DNA from: a virus
Lineage: Duplodnaviria > Caudoviricetes
DNA length: 64,000 bases
Strand: one strand, 5' to 3'
IMG/VR virus record: IMGVR_UViG_3300014204_000172
Location: 1 to 64,000 of that record
Every line of letters begins with the position of its first letter. Positions within the stretch are counted from its first letter, which is position 1. Position numbers and translations under genes: made by a program. The notes beneath the pieces were generated by a model. It was not told the DNA's origin. It saw nothing but the letters and a program-made list of their open reading frames with translations, and ran no database searches. Of the stretch, positions 28,071 to 36,946 are shown in pieces.

Positions 28071-28538
28071 TTATTTTAATAGTTTTTTTTCATCTAAAAG
28101 GGTAATTAATTTATCCCTCATAAATGAATAATTCTTAACTGGTAGTTCACAATCTTTAATTAAAAAGTCATAGATGATATTTAATTCAGTGCTTGTTGCT
28201 TCTCTCAATGATTCTTTGTTGATTAATTTTAAATATATTTCCTTTTTTCTAAGCTCTAATCCTGTATTTTTGATTAATAAAAAGATTGTCTGCGTTAATT
28301 TGGTATAATTTGATTCTTCATCGACTATTTCTACATTATTTAATAATCCTTCATTGATAACCATATCTCTAGCTTCATCCATGGTAAATATGCAAATAAT
28401 GACTTCATTATTCCATAAGTCATCTAATTCATGTAATTCTTGGGTCTGTCTTTTTCGATCAATCGTAAATGTAATTTCTTTAGATCCATCTTTAAAATTT
28501 TTGATTACTCCGACTGTAGCTTTTTTAATTTGTATCAT
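28071..28538 (-). CDS. Hypothetical protein
   Basis: Tiles on - strand. Confidence 0.65.
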   Translation of the reverse strand: MIQIKKATVGVIKNFKDGSKEITFTIDRKRQTQELHELDDLWNNEVIICIFTMDEARDMVINEGLLNNVEIVDEESNYTKLTQTIFLLIKNTGLELRKKEIYLKLINKESLREATSTELNIIYDFLIKDCELPVKNYSFMRDKLITLLDEKKLLK

Positions 28539-28540
28539 TA

Positions 28541-29401
28541 TTATTCCTTGTCATTGTTAAATAGAGAAACTTCTGGTTCTTCTATTCTTTCGATCTGTTT
28601 CAATAAATATTCCATTCTGCCTTTAACTGTTTCTATAGTCCTTAAAATTGACCCACATTCCCCTAATGAGTTATTTAATTCAAGCTTGAATTGTTTGCTA
28701 TTACGTTTAAAATCTCTGCTTTCTTCTTCCAGTTTTCTGACTAATTGTTGTTTATAACTATTCCATGTATGATTTTCATTTGTAAGTATTCCTGCTGATT
28801 CCAAGAACTTTTTTACTTCTTCATATTGTTTGATTTGCTCTTCTAAGTTGTCGTTAGTATTTTTAATTTCTTCCAATTTCATCCAAAGTTTATGTCCGTA
28901 ATTTTTACCCCAATATTGACCAAGTTTTTCATTCTGTAAATTAACAATCGCTTCTTTAATTCTTTCTTGTCTTGTCTTTGGTTTATCACTCAAAGCATTA
29001 TCGGACAATCGATTGATTAATATTCCTAACAAAAAAGTAGAATCCAAAACTACTTCTCTGTAAGGACTTTTTTTCTTACATTGCATTGTTGTTAATTTTT
29101 CGGATATATAAAATAAACCAGCACTTTCCGGTACTTCTGAAATATTAATTAAATTGGTAGGACAAACGAAATAGAAGTTATTACAAGTCGTTAAATATCT
29201 CTGCCATTTATCATCTTGAATGAAATCATGACGATTTACCTTAACTTCATACCCGGTTATTTGATCTTTGCCCCATGAAGGTTTTATCGACCAGGCATCT
29301 AGTCGACCTTTTTGTCCCGGGATATTTAATTCTGTAAAACAATGTTCTCCTCGATTCCTACATCGTTCATGGATAACTTTAGTAATATCTTGAGCTGTCA
29401 T
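28541..29401 (-). CDS. MmcB-like PD-(D/E)xK nuclease-fold protein with coiled C-terminus
   Basis: RLDAW..ITGYEVKVNRHDF.QDDKWQRY..CNNFYFVCP. Confidence 0.7.
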   Translation of the reverse strand: MTAQDITKVIHERCRNRGEHCFTELNIPGQKGRLDAWSIKPSWGKDQITGYEVKVNRHDFIQDDKWQRYLTTCNNFYFVCPTNLINISEVPESAGLFYISEKLTTMQCKKKSPYREVVLDSTFLLGILINRLSDNALSDKPKTRQERIKEAIVNLQNEKLGQYWGKNYGHKLWMKLEEIKNTNDNLEEQIKQYEEVKKFLESAGILTNENHTWNSYKQQLVRKLEEESRDFKRNSKQFKLELNNSLGECGSILRTIETVKGRMEYLLKQIERIEEPEVSLFNNDKE

Positions 29402-29910
29402 TTTTTCCTCTTGATGTAAGGAACAATATAACAGTTAATTTTATTTTCTGCTTTGATCATTTTTAATTGTTGTTTAGTTACCATTTCTGGGTTATCGAAA
29501 ATATTTCCAATTTTTTTGAAATATCTCAGTTCGCTTAATTCAACTGTTTCTCCTTCACTAGCTCCTCTAAGATGTTTTGCAATTCCTTTTGCCGTTAATA
29601 GTGTTAGTCCTTTATATGTAATATCTTCTTTATTCCATACAATTACTATTTGGTAATCATCTTGATCGAATGGATACAAATTGCTAGTTAATAAATCTCC
29701 CGGATATAATTCTTTATCTAACTGATCTTTAGTATTGATATATTGACCAACTGTTATTGGATCTACTTCTGGTTCAAAATAAGAATCTTTTGAATGCTCG
29801 GTAATATAAAAATTTCCTTTAGTAGATGCTGAGGTTTTTAAATCTCCAAAAATCCACTTATTTTCTCTTAAAGTTTTATGTAGTATTTTCCCTCTGTATT
29901 TACTAATCAT
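29398..29910 (-). CDS. YopX family protein
   Basis: KYRGK..WIFGDL..VDPITVGQY..D..ELYPGD..IGNIFDNPE. Confidence 0.9.
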   Translation of the reverse strand: MISKYRGKILHKTLRENKWIFGDLKTSASTKGNFYITEHSKDSYFEPEVDPITVGQYINTKDQLDKELYPGDLLTSNLYPFDQDDYQIVIVWNKEDITYKGLTLLTAKGIAKHLRGASEGETVELSELRYFKKIGNIFDNPEMVTKQQLKMIKAENKINCYIVPYIKRKK

Positions 29911-29928
29911 TTCAATTTAATCCTTTCT

Positions 29929-30246
29929 CTATTTAACTTCTCTTTCTTTATTCTCGATGATTTCAACGTCAAAATATATATTCTTTGTTAATTCTCCAAA
30001 ATACTTGTTTAAATGTTGCCAATATTCATGATCTTGATAAATAAACATGATAGATATACCAAAATTAGAAGGTTTAACTTTTAATCCTTTGTTAAAAGTC
30101 CAACCAGTAATTTCAACTTCTTCAATTACCGATGAACCTAAATCGACTCCATTTTTAACTGCGTAATTATCCCATTCAAAAATAACATTAGGAAGTTGTG
30201 GATAGTTTTCTTTAATTTGTTCAACCGATAAATCTTTTATCTTCAC
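29929..30246 (-). CDS. Hypothetical protein
   Basis: Tiles on - strand. Confidence 0.6.
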   Translation of the reverse strand: MKIKDLSVEQIKENYPQLPNVIFEWDNYAVKNGVDLGSSVIEEVEITGWTFNKGLKVKPSNFGISIMFIYQDHEYWQHLNKYFGELTKNIYFDVEIIENKEREVK

Positions 30247-30436
30247 TTTTTACCTCTTGCCATTCTGCATTGTATTGATAAAATCCTTCTGAATGATAGT
30301 CAGGTTCAGAATAAAGCCATTCTTTTTTTATTTTTCCTTCTCTAATATACCAATCAATCCAATCTTTTAATGTTTCTTGTTTTCTGAATTTTAAAATTAA
30401 AAAGTTTCTTATTTTTTTAAAAATATTTATCATCAT
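30221..30436 (-). CDS. Hypothetical protein
   Basis: Tiles on - strand. Confidence 0.5.
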   Translation of the reverse strand: MMINIFKKIRNFLILKFRKQETLKDWIDWYIREGKIKKEWLYSEPDYHSEGFYQYNAEWQEVKSEDKRFIG

Positions 30437-30667
30437 CTACTCCATATTGATGTAAATTTCATCACCATATTTTTCCCAATCTTTACCTAATTCTTCTAAG
30501 CTCCATGAATTTCTTATATCTTTTTTTGCATAATGACAACCTTGTAAACAATCCATTATTGTTAAACAATTCCAACAGCACATATTTTTTGAGTAAGGAC
30601 AATTTGAAAATTTAAAATTACATTTTTTTGTATCTGTTTCATCTACTATATAGCAAATCATTTCCAA
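30437..30667 (-). CDS. Small Cys-rich protein (CCx2Cx5Cx3C)
   Basis: Paralogous Cys pattern with the adjacent gene. Confidence 0.6.
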   Translation of the reverse strand: MEMICYIVDETDTKKCNFKFSNCPYSKNMCCWNCLTIMDCLQGCHYAKKDIRNSWSLEELGKDWEKYGDEIYINME

Positions 30668-30855
30668 GTAACCTCAATTTCGATTTCTTGCTTTTTTTCT
30701 TCTGCATCTATATTTTTGGATGTTTCACATTCCATCCAGCATCTACCAGATAAATTACATAATTGACAGCAAGTTGCTGTTTCGGCATTAGGTAAGTAGC
30801 AAATTCCTTCACAGGTTTTACCGGAATAATGGCAAGCAGGAAACATTGAACTCAT
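30658..30855 (-). CDS. Small Cys-rich protein (CCx2Cx5Cx3C)
   Basis: Paralogous Cys pattern with the adjacent gene. Confidence 0.6.
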   Translation of the reverse strand: MSSMFPACHYSGKTCEGICYLPNAETATCCQLCNLSGRCWMECETSKNIDAEEKKQEIEIEVTWK

Positions 30856-31103
30856 TTTGATTCCTTATTTCTTATTTTGTATGAATCTTTTTTACCAGAA
30901 AAAACATATTTATTATTGATACAAGTTAAATATCTTCCTCCTTCAGTAAATATTACAATTTCTTTATGATGCATTATTTTAGTTGTTGAAACTCCATAAG
31001 CTCTATTACACATTCCAGGCTTTCTAACTATCTTTGCAGATTCATAAATTATTCCAGTAAACATTTCTATAGGCTGTTTCCAATCAATTTTTATTTTTTT
31101 CAT
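30852..31103 (-). CDS. Hypothetical protein
   Basis: Tiles on - strand. Confidence 0.55.
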   Translation of the reverse strand: MKKIKIDWKQPIEMFTGIIYESAKIVRKPGMCNRAYGVSTTKIMHHKEIVIFTEGGRYLTCINNKYVFSGKKDSYKIRNKESK

Positions 31104-31342
31104 TTTTTAAATCTTCTTTTAATCCATGAATAATAAGTTAGTTTTTTGCCAGTAATTTTTGGCATATTAATTGCAATTACTAATTGACTGTATCTAGTTT
31201 CTTTTCCAAAATACCATGGATATATAAATTCATATTTGTGTAATTCTATCCATTGTTTTACTTTAAATGGCAAGTGCTTTTTCCCTCCATAATAAGTAAA
31301 AGTTTTTTGCCAATAGTTTTGATAACTACTAAGAATCTTCAT
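31100..31342 (-). CDS. Hypothetical protein
   Basis: Tiles on - strand. Confidence 0.5.
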   Translation of the reverse strand: MKILSSYQNYWQKTFTYYGGKKHLPFKVKQWIELHKYEFIYPWYFGKETRYSQLVIAINMPKITGKKLTYYSWIKRRFKK

Positions 31343-31415
31343 TTCTTACTCCTGATTAATTCTGAAAGCAATACAAAGATACAAACAATAATAAAGAATG
31401 TTATGTCTTTATCAA

Positions 31416-31661
31416 TCATTTTCGATCCAATCCATAAATTCTATTTTTAAGGTTTTTCATCGAATCATAAAATTTATGAGCGTCAACTTGTGTACTGTAA
31501 TTCCAGTAATTTTTAGCTAATTCCTCGAATTGTTTTAAATCGCCTAAAAAATGGAATTGGCATCTTTTATTGTTTTCTCTTTCAATTTTTTCTATCTTGA
31601 AGTCTAAAGCTGTTAATAAAGAAGCGATACCTATATCTGATGTAATATAATTCTCATTCAT
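31416..31661 (-). CDS. DUF5659-like small protein
   Basis: TSDIGIAS.L..F..VDAHKFY..MKNLKNRIY pattern, recalled by eye. Confidence 0.6.
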   Translation of the reverse strand: MNENYITSDIGIASLLTALDFKIEKIERENNKRCQFHFLGDLKQFEELAKNYWNYSTQVDAHKFYDSMKNLKNRIYGLDRK

Positions 31662-31936
31662 TTTTTTTCTCCTTGTTTTACTATTTTATATCCTTTTACT
31701 CTTAATGGGCAACCATTCTGACTTGGTAATTTAGTTGGATAAGAATTTCCAGAAGGTTCAGTATGTCCACCTCCAGCATTACAATACCATCCTATATCTT
31801 GATTAAAAATAAAAAGCTTACAATACTTTTTTTGTATTTTTCCCGGTGCGCCAAATAAAGGTCCTTTATATCCATTAATACAATCTTTTAGGATTTTTTC
31901 ATACTTTATATGTATCATTTTTATTTCCTGATTCAT
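31658..31936 (-). CDS. Cys-containing hypothetical protein
   Basis: CKLF..WYC..CPL. Confidence 0.55.
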   Translation of the reverse strand: MNQEIKMIHIKYEKILKDCINGYKGPLFGAPGKIQKKYCKLFIFNQDIGWYCNAGGGHTEPSGNSYPTKLPSQNGCPLRVKGYKIVKQGEKK

Positions 31937-32159
31937 AAATAGTTACGTTCCACTCAAGGTTTTTTACAGTATTGGTTATTCCTAAACAATTACTTTTTAA
32001 TGTTTCGGAAACCGAACCCATCCATAGATAAATTTTGCCATTATCTAAGATTAAAAAGCTCCCTCTTTTACCACCAGTAAATAGATATATCTGGTTCATC
32101 AAAAACTTTTGTTTTGTTTTTTTGAACCAATCTCTTGAAGCTAGGAAGCCATGGATCAT
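31899..32159 (-). CDS. Hypothetical protein
   Basis: Tiles on - strand. Confidence 0.45.
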   Translation of the reverse strand: MIHGFLASRDWFKKTKQKFLMNQIYLFTGGKRGSFLILDNGKIYLWMGSVSETLKSNCLGITNTVKNLEWNVTIYESGNKNDTYKV

Positions 32160-32371
32160 TTTCTTTTCCTATTCTTGGCTGCTGTTTTAGGTCTTTTGGT
32201 TACTCCATATTTTTTAGCTATTTTTAATCGTTTTGTTACTGAGTGATGGCTCTGTTTTCTTTTACCTTTTAAAAAGGGGTCAATATTCTGTATTTGCTTA
32301 GTTTTTTTTATTTCTTCCATTCCTGCAATTAAGCCAGTAGTTAAAATTACTGCTGCTGTTTTGTTATCCAT
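32156..32371 (-). CDS. Basic hypothetical protein
   Basis: Tiles on - strand. Confidence 0.5.
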   Translation of the reverse strand: MDNKTAAVILTTGLIAGMEEIKKTKQIQNIDPFLKGKRKQSHHSVTKRLKIAKKYGVTKRPKTAAKNRKRK

Positions 32372-33231
32372 GGTATGTACCTCATTTCTTTAATTTTGTC
32401 TAAATCACTTCTTGAATAACTTTTAATCAAACTAGAACCATCACAATTGGTAGAGTCAATATTTTTAATAATACTATCCTTTAGAAATATATGTTCGTTT
32501 ACTATACTGATTCCTTTGATAGCTTGGACCATATCGATATTTAAAAAGTCAGGATGCCCGGAATTATTTAAAGCACCCATAATTATCCAGTCAATATCTT
32601 CCAATCCAAAAGTGTATATATCGTTAAAATTCAACATAGGTTCATAGCTAACAAATGTATTTACTCTATATTTTCTTTTCAATTCGTTGAGTAAATCTAC
32701 TCTCATCATATCTTTTTCTAAAAAGTTTGTTTCAATAGTTGAGCCAAACCAAAAGTATTCTCTATATATATAAGATGTGGCTGGATCGTTTTGTAATCTA
32801 GCCATTACTCTTAAATATCCTTCTGGATTTTTCGTTAAAAATAAAAATCTATGAGGCTTTTTACTATTCAATACTCGTTCAATATTAATTTTCATACAAG
32901 ATTTAATAACTTTTGATCCTAAATTTTGATAGATTATTTCAGGATTTTCTTTATCTATCCAATCGCAATTTGAAAAATAATCACCCATAGAACCCGGGAA
33001 AATAACTGTTTCCTTTTTCTTTTTGATGATTACTTCTATATCTTCTTTTAATCTTTTTTCTGAATGAGTTGGTTTGAATCCATAGGGATAAATTTTCGGG
33101 AATCTTTTTGCCATTTTTCTAGCAAAGCAATAAAAACATTCGTTTATACATCCAGTTGCAAAATTCCAAGTAAATCCCGGTTTGCCTTGACTATCTAGGA
33201 CCCATTCGATAGTTGTCTGATTGTTAACTAT
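32347..33231 (-). CDS. DUF5131 (phage gp37/gp68) radical-SAM-like protein; start extended to a probable ATA codon
   Basis: In-frame upstream sequence gives TTIEW..TWNFATGCINECFYCFARKMA (CxxxCxxC); downstream SMGD, FLTKNP, W.GSTIE, SYEPML, WII.GA. Confidence 0.8.
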   Translation of the reverse strand: MVNNQTTIEWVLDSQGKPGFTWNFATGCINECFYCFARKMAKRFPKIYPYGFKPTHSEKRLKEDIEVIIKKKKETVIFPGSMGDYFSNCDWIDKENPEIIYQNLGSKVIKSCMKINIERVLNSKKPHRFLFLTKNPEGYLRVMARLQNDPATSYIYREYFWFGSTIETNFLEKDMMRVDLLNELKRKYRVNTFVSYEPMLNFNDIYTFGLEDIDWIIMGALNNSGHPDFLNIDMVQAIKGISIVNEHIFLKDSIIKNIDSTNCDGSSLIKSYSRSDLDKIKEMRYIPWITKQQQ

Positions 33232-33442
33232 TTCTTTTTCTCCTTCCTGACTTTAATGGACATTTAGAACATTCAACTTTAGACGGAATGCACATCGAGC
33301 ATGGATAAATAGATTTTCCACAGCTAGGGCATTTTTGAATAACAAACGATACAGCTAATTCTACTTCAATTCCACATTTCGGGCATAACTCATTGACTAC
33401 TTCATAAGGATAATATTGATGCAATGTATCTTTATTACTCAT
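33224..33442 (-). CDS. Zn-ribbon protein
   Basis: CPKC..CPSC..CSMC..CSKC. Confidence 0.65.
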   Translation of the reverse strand: MSNKDTLHQYYPYEVVNELCPKCGIEVELAVSFVIQKCPSCGKSIYPCSMCIPSKVECSKCPLKSGRRKRNS

Positions 33443-33448
33443 GATTAC

Positions 33449-33673
33449 TTAGGACTCCTTATTAACTATTTCGATCGTGCAAAATTGTCTTCTACAAGGA
33501 ATTTCATCGCCACCTTTCCAATCTTCTGAACTTCCTTTAACATATTCGTTTTTAGTTAATTTTATAGGATAGAAATCGATATTTTCTGTATCAAAATCAG
33601 TAGTAACTATAGCTAAAAAAGTTCCTTTTCTGTTATGCCTAACTTTTATTATTGTTCCTTTTTTGATAAGCAT
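33449..33673 (-). CDS. Hypothetical protein (SH3-like)
   Basis: Short beta-rich; tiles on - strand. Confidence 0.55.
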   Translation of the reverse strand: MLIKKGTIIKVRHNRKGTFLAIVTTDFDTENIDFYPIKLTKNEYVKGSSEDWKGGDEIPCRRQFCTIEIVNKES

Positions 33674-33897
33674 TACTTCTCCTTATTAAATTGACTTGCT
33701 TGTAATGATAGCCAGATATTATATGGATTTTTAACTGGTTTTTGTGTTAATAAATAGTCTCCATAATCTTCTAAAGGTGTTAATTCATGATTTATTTTTG
33801 TTACCACATAATTATCATCAGTTATTTTTACCAAACCATGATCTTTAGTAACTCCTTGTTCTTCGTGAAAAGTATAGAGATATTTATATCGGTTCAT
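33673..33897 (-). CDS. Hypothetical protein
   Basis: Tiles on - strand. Confidence 0.5.
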   Translation of the reverse strand: MNRYKYLYTFHEEQGVTKDHGLVKITDDNYVVTKINHELTPLEDYGDYLLTQKPVKNPYNIWLSLQASQFNKEK

Positions 33898-34307
33898 TTT
33901 TCTTTCACCAATTCCGAATTATCAAAAATATTTCCAACCATTCTAGGGTTGAAATCATCTTTGTTATTCATGATATATCTCAAATAAGTTCCGGTCCAAG
34001 TGATTCCTTTTGGATTTCTAACTTTGAATGAACCTTCTTTAAATTCAACAACCAGAAACACTAAATCTTTTGGTGATTTATCTTCAATGGTTATGATATC
34101 GTTTTCATGTATATATTTCTTGTCGATATCTCTCCATTCGGAATAAATTGATACGGTTTTTGGATCTACTTTTATACAATACCATGATTCCATGGTTGCT
34201 GTTGGAATCATGATTGCTGTTTCTTCTCCGAATATATTACCATACCCATAAATCCATTCACCTTTTGTATCCTCTTCAATGCTTTTTCCTTTAACCTTTG
34301 GTATCAT
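33894..34307 (-). CDS. YopX family protein (second copy)
   Basis: GK..GEWIYG..VDPKTVSIY..D..IHENDI..VGNIFDN.EL. Confidence 0.88.
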   Translation of the reverse strand: MIPKVKGKSIEEDTKGEWIYGYGNIFGEETAIMIPTATMESWYCIKVDPKTVSIYSEWRDIDKKYIHENDIITIEDKSPKDLVFLVVEFKEGSFKVRNPKGITWTGTYLRYIMNNKDDFNPRMVGNIFDNSELVKEK

Positions 34308-34563
34308 TTTTATCTCCTAAAAGTTCGGATTCCATCTTAATCATGGTTTTAAATAAAACATCTGAAATTTCCACTACGTCAAAACTATTTACTAATCCTA
34401 TCAAAGGAAAACTAATTGTCTGCTCTTCTCTAGTCAAAATAGCTCCATGATGGATCCTAGATCCATTTTTTCTAAAATCCCATGTGCATTCAGTATTGCT
34501 AAATTTTACTGGATTGACTAGCTTAAATGTATCCCGCTTATTGAATATTGTAATTCTTTTCAT
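34291..34563 (-). CDS. Hypothetical protein
   Basis: Tiles on - strand. Confidence 0.5.
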   Translation of the reverse strand: MKRITIFNKRDTFKLVNPVKFSNTECTWDFRKNGSRIHHGAILTREEQTISFPLIGLVNSFDVVEISDVLFKTMIKMESELLGDKNDTKG

Positions 34564-34811
34564 TGATACAACTCTTTACTATTTTTTACTAACCTCTCAA
34601 TTAAACTCAATGCTTCTTCTCCTTTTGTTTTAAAAATAAAATCATGTAATGTTTCATTCTCGGGAATAGTTAAAAATTCATCTAACTTAAAAAGGTCAAA
34701 TTCTTCTAAATCGGAGCATTCCATTAATACTGTATCTTTGAAAAAGTTGATGTCTTTTCCAAATAACTTTAAAAATTTATCTCTGGTATCTTTACTCCAT
34801 AATTTAGGCAT
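34560..34811 (-). CDS. Hypothetical protein
   Basis: Tiles on - strand; FDLFKLDEFL pattern. Confidence 0.55.
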   Translation of the reverse strand: MPKLWSKDTRDKFLKLFGKDINFFKDTVLMECSDLEEFDLFKLDEFLTIPENETLHDFIFKTKGEEALSLIERLVKNSKELYQ

Positions 34812-35631
34812 TTGTTTTGCCCTCCAAAATATACCGTAATGCTCTCTCAGCTTGACTAGCTGATTTGATGAATAGATATTTATCCTCTTTTACTGCTGTT
34901 GACCATCCATTGATATAATTAGCAGCCATGTTGATTGGAAAAGGTATTTCGGATAGTTCTAATAAATAAGAAGCTCCCATCTCAGCTATCATTTCCTCTC
35001 TACTATATTCTTCCTTAGTCGGTCTCTTATCGCTAATGCATCTATTTAATCTTGATTCATGCCCGGTAGAATGAATTAACTCATGGAATAAAGCTTCATA
35101 ATAGGCATCTTGAGTGACAAATCTATTAATAGGTGGTATTCCTATATAATCTCCAACCGGTGCATAATAACCATCGTTGTCTGTTCTGATTTCCGGGCAA
35201 TCTTTGTAATTGTTGATTATTGATTCGGCGTTAATGTTTTTCTCAATTCCTGTATCTTCTATAGGTTTTAGTAGTTTTATATCCACTTCACATTGTTTTA
35301 CATTAAATACCGTGTAACTTTCTAATAGTGGTATTGTTTCTTTTTTGTCGTCTTTTTTGATTTCGATAGGTTTCCAAAAAATGATGGTTGTTCCTTTTTC
35401 TTTAGCTAATACATGACCATTGATTTTTTTGACTTGATTGAATGTTAACCATCTAGGATCCTCGTAACCTTTCATAGCCAAAATAAATATATTAATTCCA
35501 TGATATGAATAATCAGTAACCCCATTTTTAAGGTTTAAGGATAGCCATCTTTTTTTCCAAGGAATTGTACCTTCCTCGATTGCTTCTAAGATTTGTTGAT
35601 TAATTTTTTGTATAATCTCATCTGTTCTCAT
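34804..35631 (-). CDS. ardC: ArdC-like antirestriction/ssDNA-binding protein (DUF1738 + zincin-like metallopeptidase)
   Basis: IPWKKRW, YHGIN, WLTFNQVKK.NG.V..EKG, VFNVKQC, FHELIHSTGH.SRLNR, YSREE.IAE. Confidence 0.92.
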   Translation of the reverse strand: MRTDEIIQKINQQILEAIEEGTIPWKKRWLSLNLKNGVTDYSYHGINIFILAMKGYEDPRWLTFNQVKKINGHVLAKEKGTTIIFWKPIEIKKDDKKETIPLLESYTVFNVKQCEVDIKLLKPIEDTGIEKNINAESIINNYKDCPEIRTDNDGYYAPVGDYIGIPPINRFVTQDAYYEALFHELIHSTGHESRLNRCISDKRPTKEEYSREEMIAEMGASYLLELSEIPFPINMAANYINGWSTAVKEDKYLFIKSASQAERALRYILEGKTNA

Positions 35632-35676
35632 TTATTCATCCTTTTTTCATTTTTTTTCATCTTCATCTTACCATTA

Positions 35677-35704
35677 ATTATAGGTATTTATCTTAATTAA
35701 TCAA
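35677..35704 (-). promoter_or_regulatory. Putative promoter (16-bp-spacer family) upstream of ardC
   Basis: TTGATT-N16-TATAAT(TAAT). Confidence 0.7.
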
Positions 35705-35707
35705 ATA

Positions 35708-36001
35708 TTATTTTATTACTAAATTATTCATTAACTCTTTATATCTAGCATTAAATTCATCAATAGTAAAAAGATCATTGCAATTACAAAAATCTTCAAA
35801 GGTTCTTTCATCTTCTGAACCTTGCCAAACGAATGATTTACCAAATGCTTCCAAAGCTGTTTGTTTATGTAATTTATTCATATTGTATCGAAAGAATTTA
35901 TCACTATTTAATCGATAGTTAACCAAGTTGTCTTGAATAATCGATATAAATCCTTCATGGCAAAACTTTATCTTTTGTTGGATTAAATTGCTAAAAATCA
36001 A
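35708..36001 (-). CDS. Hypothetical protein
   Basis: Tiles on - strand. Confidence 0.55.
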   Translation of the reverse strand: MIFSNLIQQKIKFCHEGFISIIQDNLVNYRLNSDKFFRYNMNKLHKQTALEAFGKSFVWQGSEDERTFEDFCNCNDLFTIDEFNARYKELMNNLVIK

Positions 36002-36257
36002 AAGCTGAACCCCAGAAAATCCTTCTGTCTTCTTCGTCTTGGTTAGAAAAAGTTCTTCTTTTAACTACTTTATTATTTCTACTAATCCAATCTTTCCATA
36101 ATTTCTCAAATTCTATAGGATCATTATGGTATAGCCACATTCCAAAGTATTTTGTATTGTTAGGTACTTTTCCACCATCTCTTCGATAGAATCCATTAGG
36201 AACGCCTTTTCTGTTTAGATTCTTTATAAATGCCATTCTTGTTAATTTATTTTTCAT
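35991..36257 (-). CDS. Hypothetical protein, tandem paralogue A
   Basis: FIK.L...GVP..RR.GGK.PN.TK..G.WLY shared with 36260..36469. Confidence 0.7.
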   Translation of the reverse strand: MKNKLTRMAFIKNLNRKGVPNGFYRRDGGKVPNNTKYFGMWLYHNDPIEFEKLWKDWISRNNKVVKRRTFSNQDEEDRRIFWGSAFDF

Positions 36258-36259
36258 TA

Positions 36260-36469
36260 TTACAACCGTCCTTGTATGTGCATTTTGTATGTATCGAATG
36301 CTGTATCAAATCTAACTCGATTATTTACATAAAGCCAAATACCGTATCTTTTAGTTCTATTCGGTATTTTTCCTCCAAATCTTCTTAACTGATCTGCCGG
36401 AACACCCAATCCATCTAAATACTTTATGAATTGTTTTTGCGTTATTGATTTTCTTGTTTTACCAATCAT
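36260..36469 (-). CDS. Hypothetical protein, tandem paralogue B
   Basis: Same motif as 35991..36257. Confidence 0.7.
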   Translation of the reverse strand: MIGKTRKSITQKQFIKYLDGLGVPADQLRRFGGKIPNRTKRYGIWLYVNNRVRFDTAFDTYKMHIQGRL

Positions 36470-36474
36470 TTTTA

Positions 36475-36711
36475 CTACTCCTTTTCTTCTTCATCTTCAT
36501 TAATTCTATCAATAGCATACTTTAAGCCAACCTGAGCTAAAGGATGATAATCGCCTTTTTCTGCTGCTTCTTGATAAATCTTAATTCCTGCTTCCAATTT
36601 CTTTATCAGCTTGTTCTTGTAGTGATTATGAATAATTAACAACTGATCCAAACAATAAGTGCTGATTTCTCCATTATCTTTTAATAACTGAACATCACTT
36701 TTGAAGCTCAT
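36475..36711 (-). CDS. Hypothetical protein
   Basis: Tiles on - strand. Confidence 0.55.
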   Translation of the reverse strand: MSFKSDVQLLKDNGEISTYCLDQLLIIHNHYKNKLIKKLEAGIKIYQEAAEKGDYHPLAQVGLKYAIDRINEDEEEKE

Positions 36712-36946
36712 CTTTACTCTCCTTTATTTCTTTAGGACAACCATCTTTTGGTGGGAATAAATATACAAATTTACCTTTATTTCTGTAATAATATGTCAAT
36801 TGTTTTTTGTTATCTCCACAAGTAAAAAATCTTACTCTCCAAATCCATTGAAATTCAGCAAATCCACATTGCGAACAAGAAACTATTTTTCTCTTTTTTC
36901 CAAGTGAATCAATGATATAAAATTTTGGTCTTTCTTTGATTGTCAT
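36695..36946 (-). CDS. Cys-containing hypothetical protein
   Basis: CSQC..C..CP. Confidence 0.55.
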   Translation of the reverse strand: MTIKERPKFYIIDSLGKKRKIVSCSQCGFAEFQWIWRVRFFTCGDNKKQLTYYYRNKGKFVYLFPPKDGCPKEIKESKDELQK

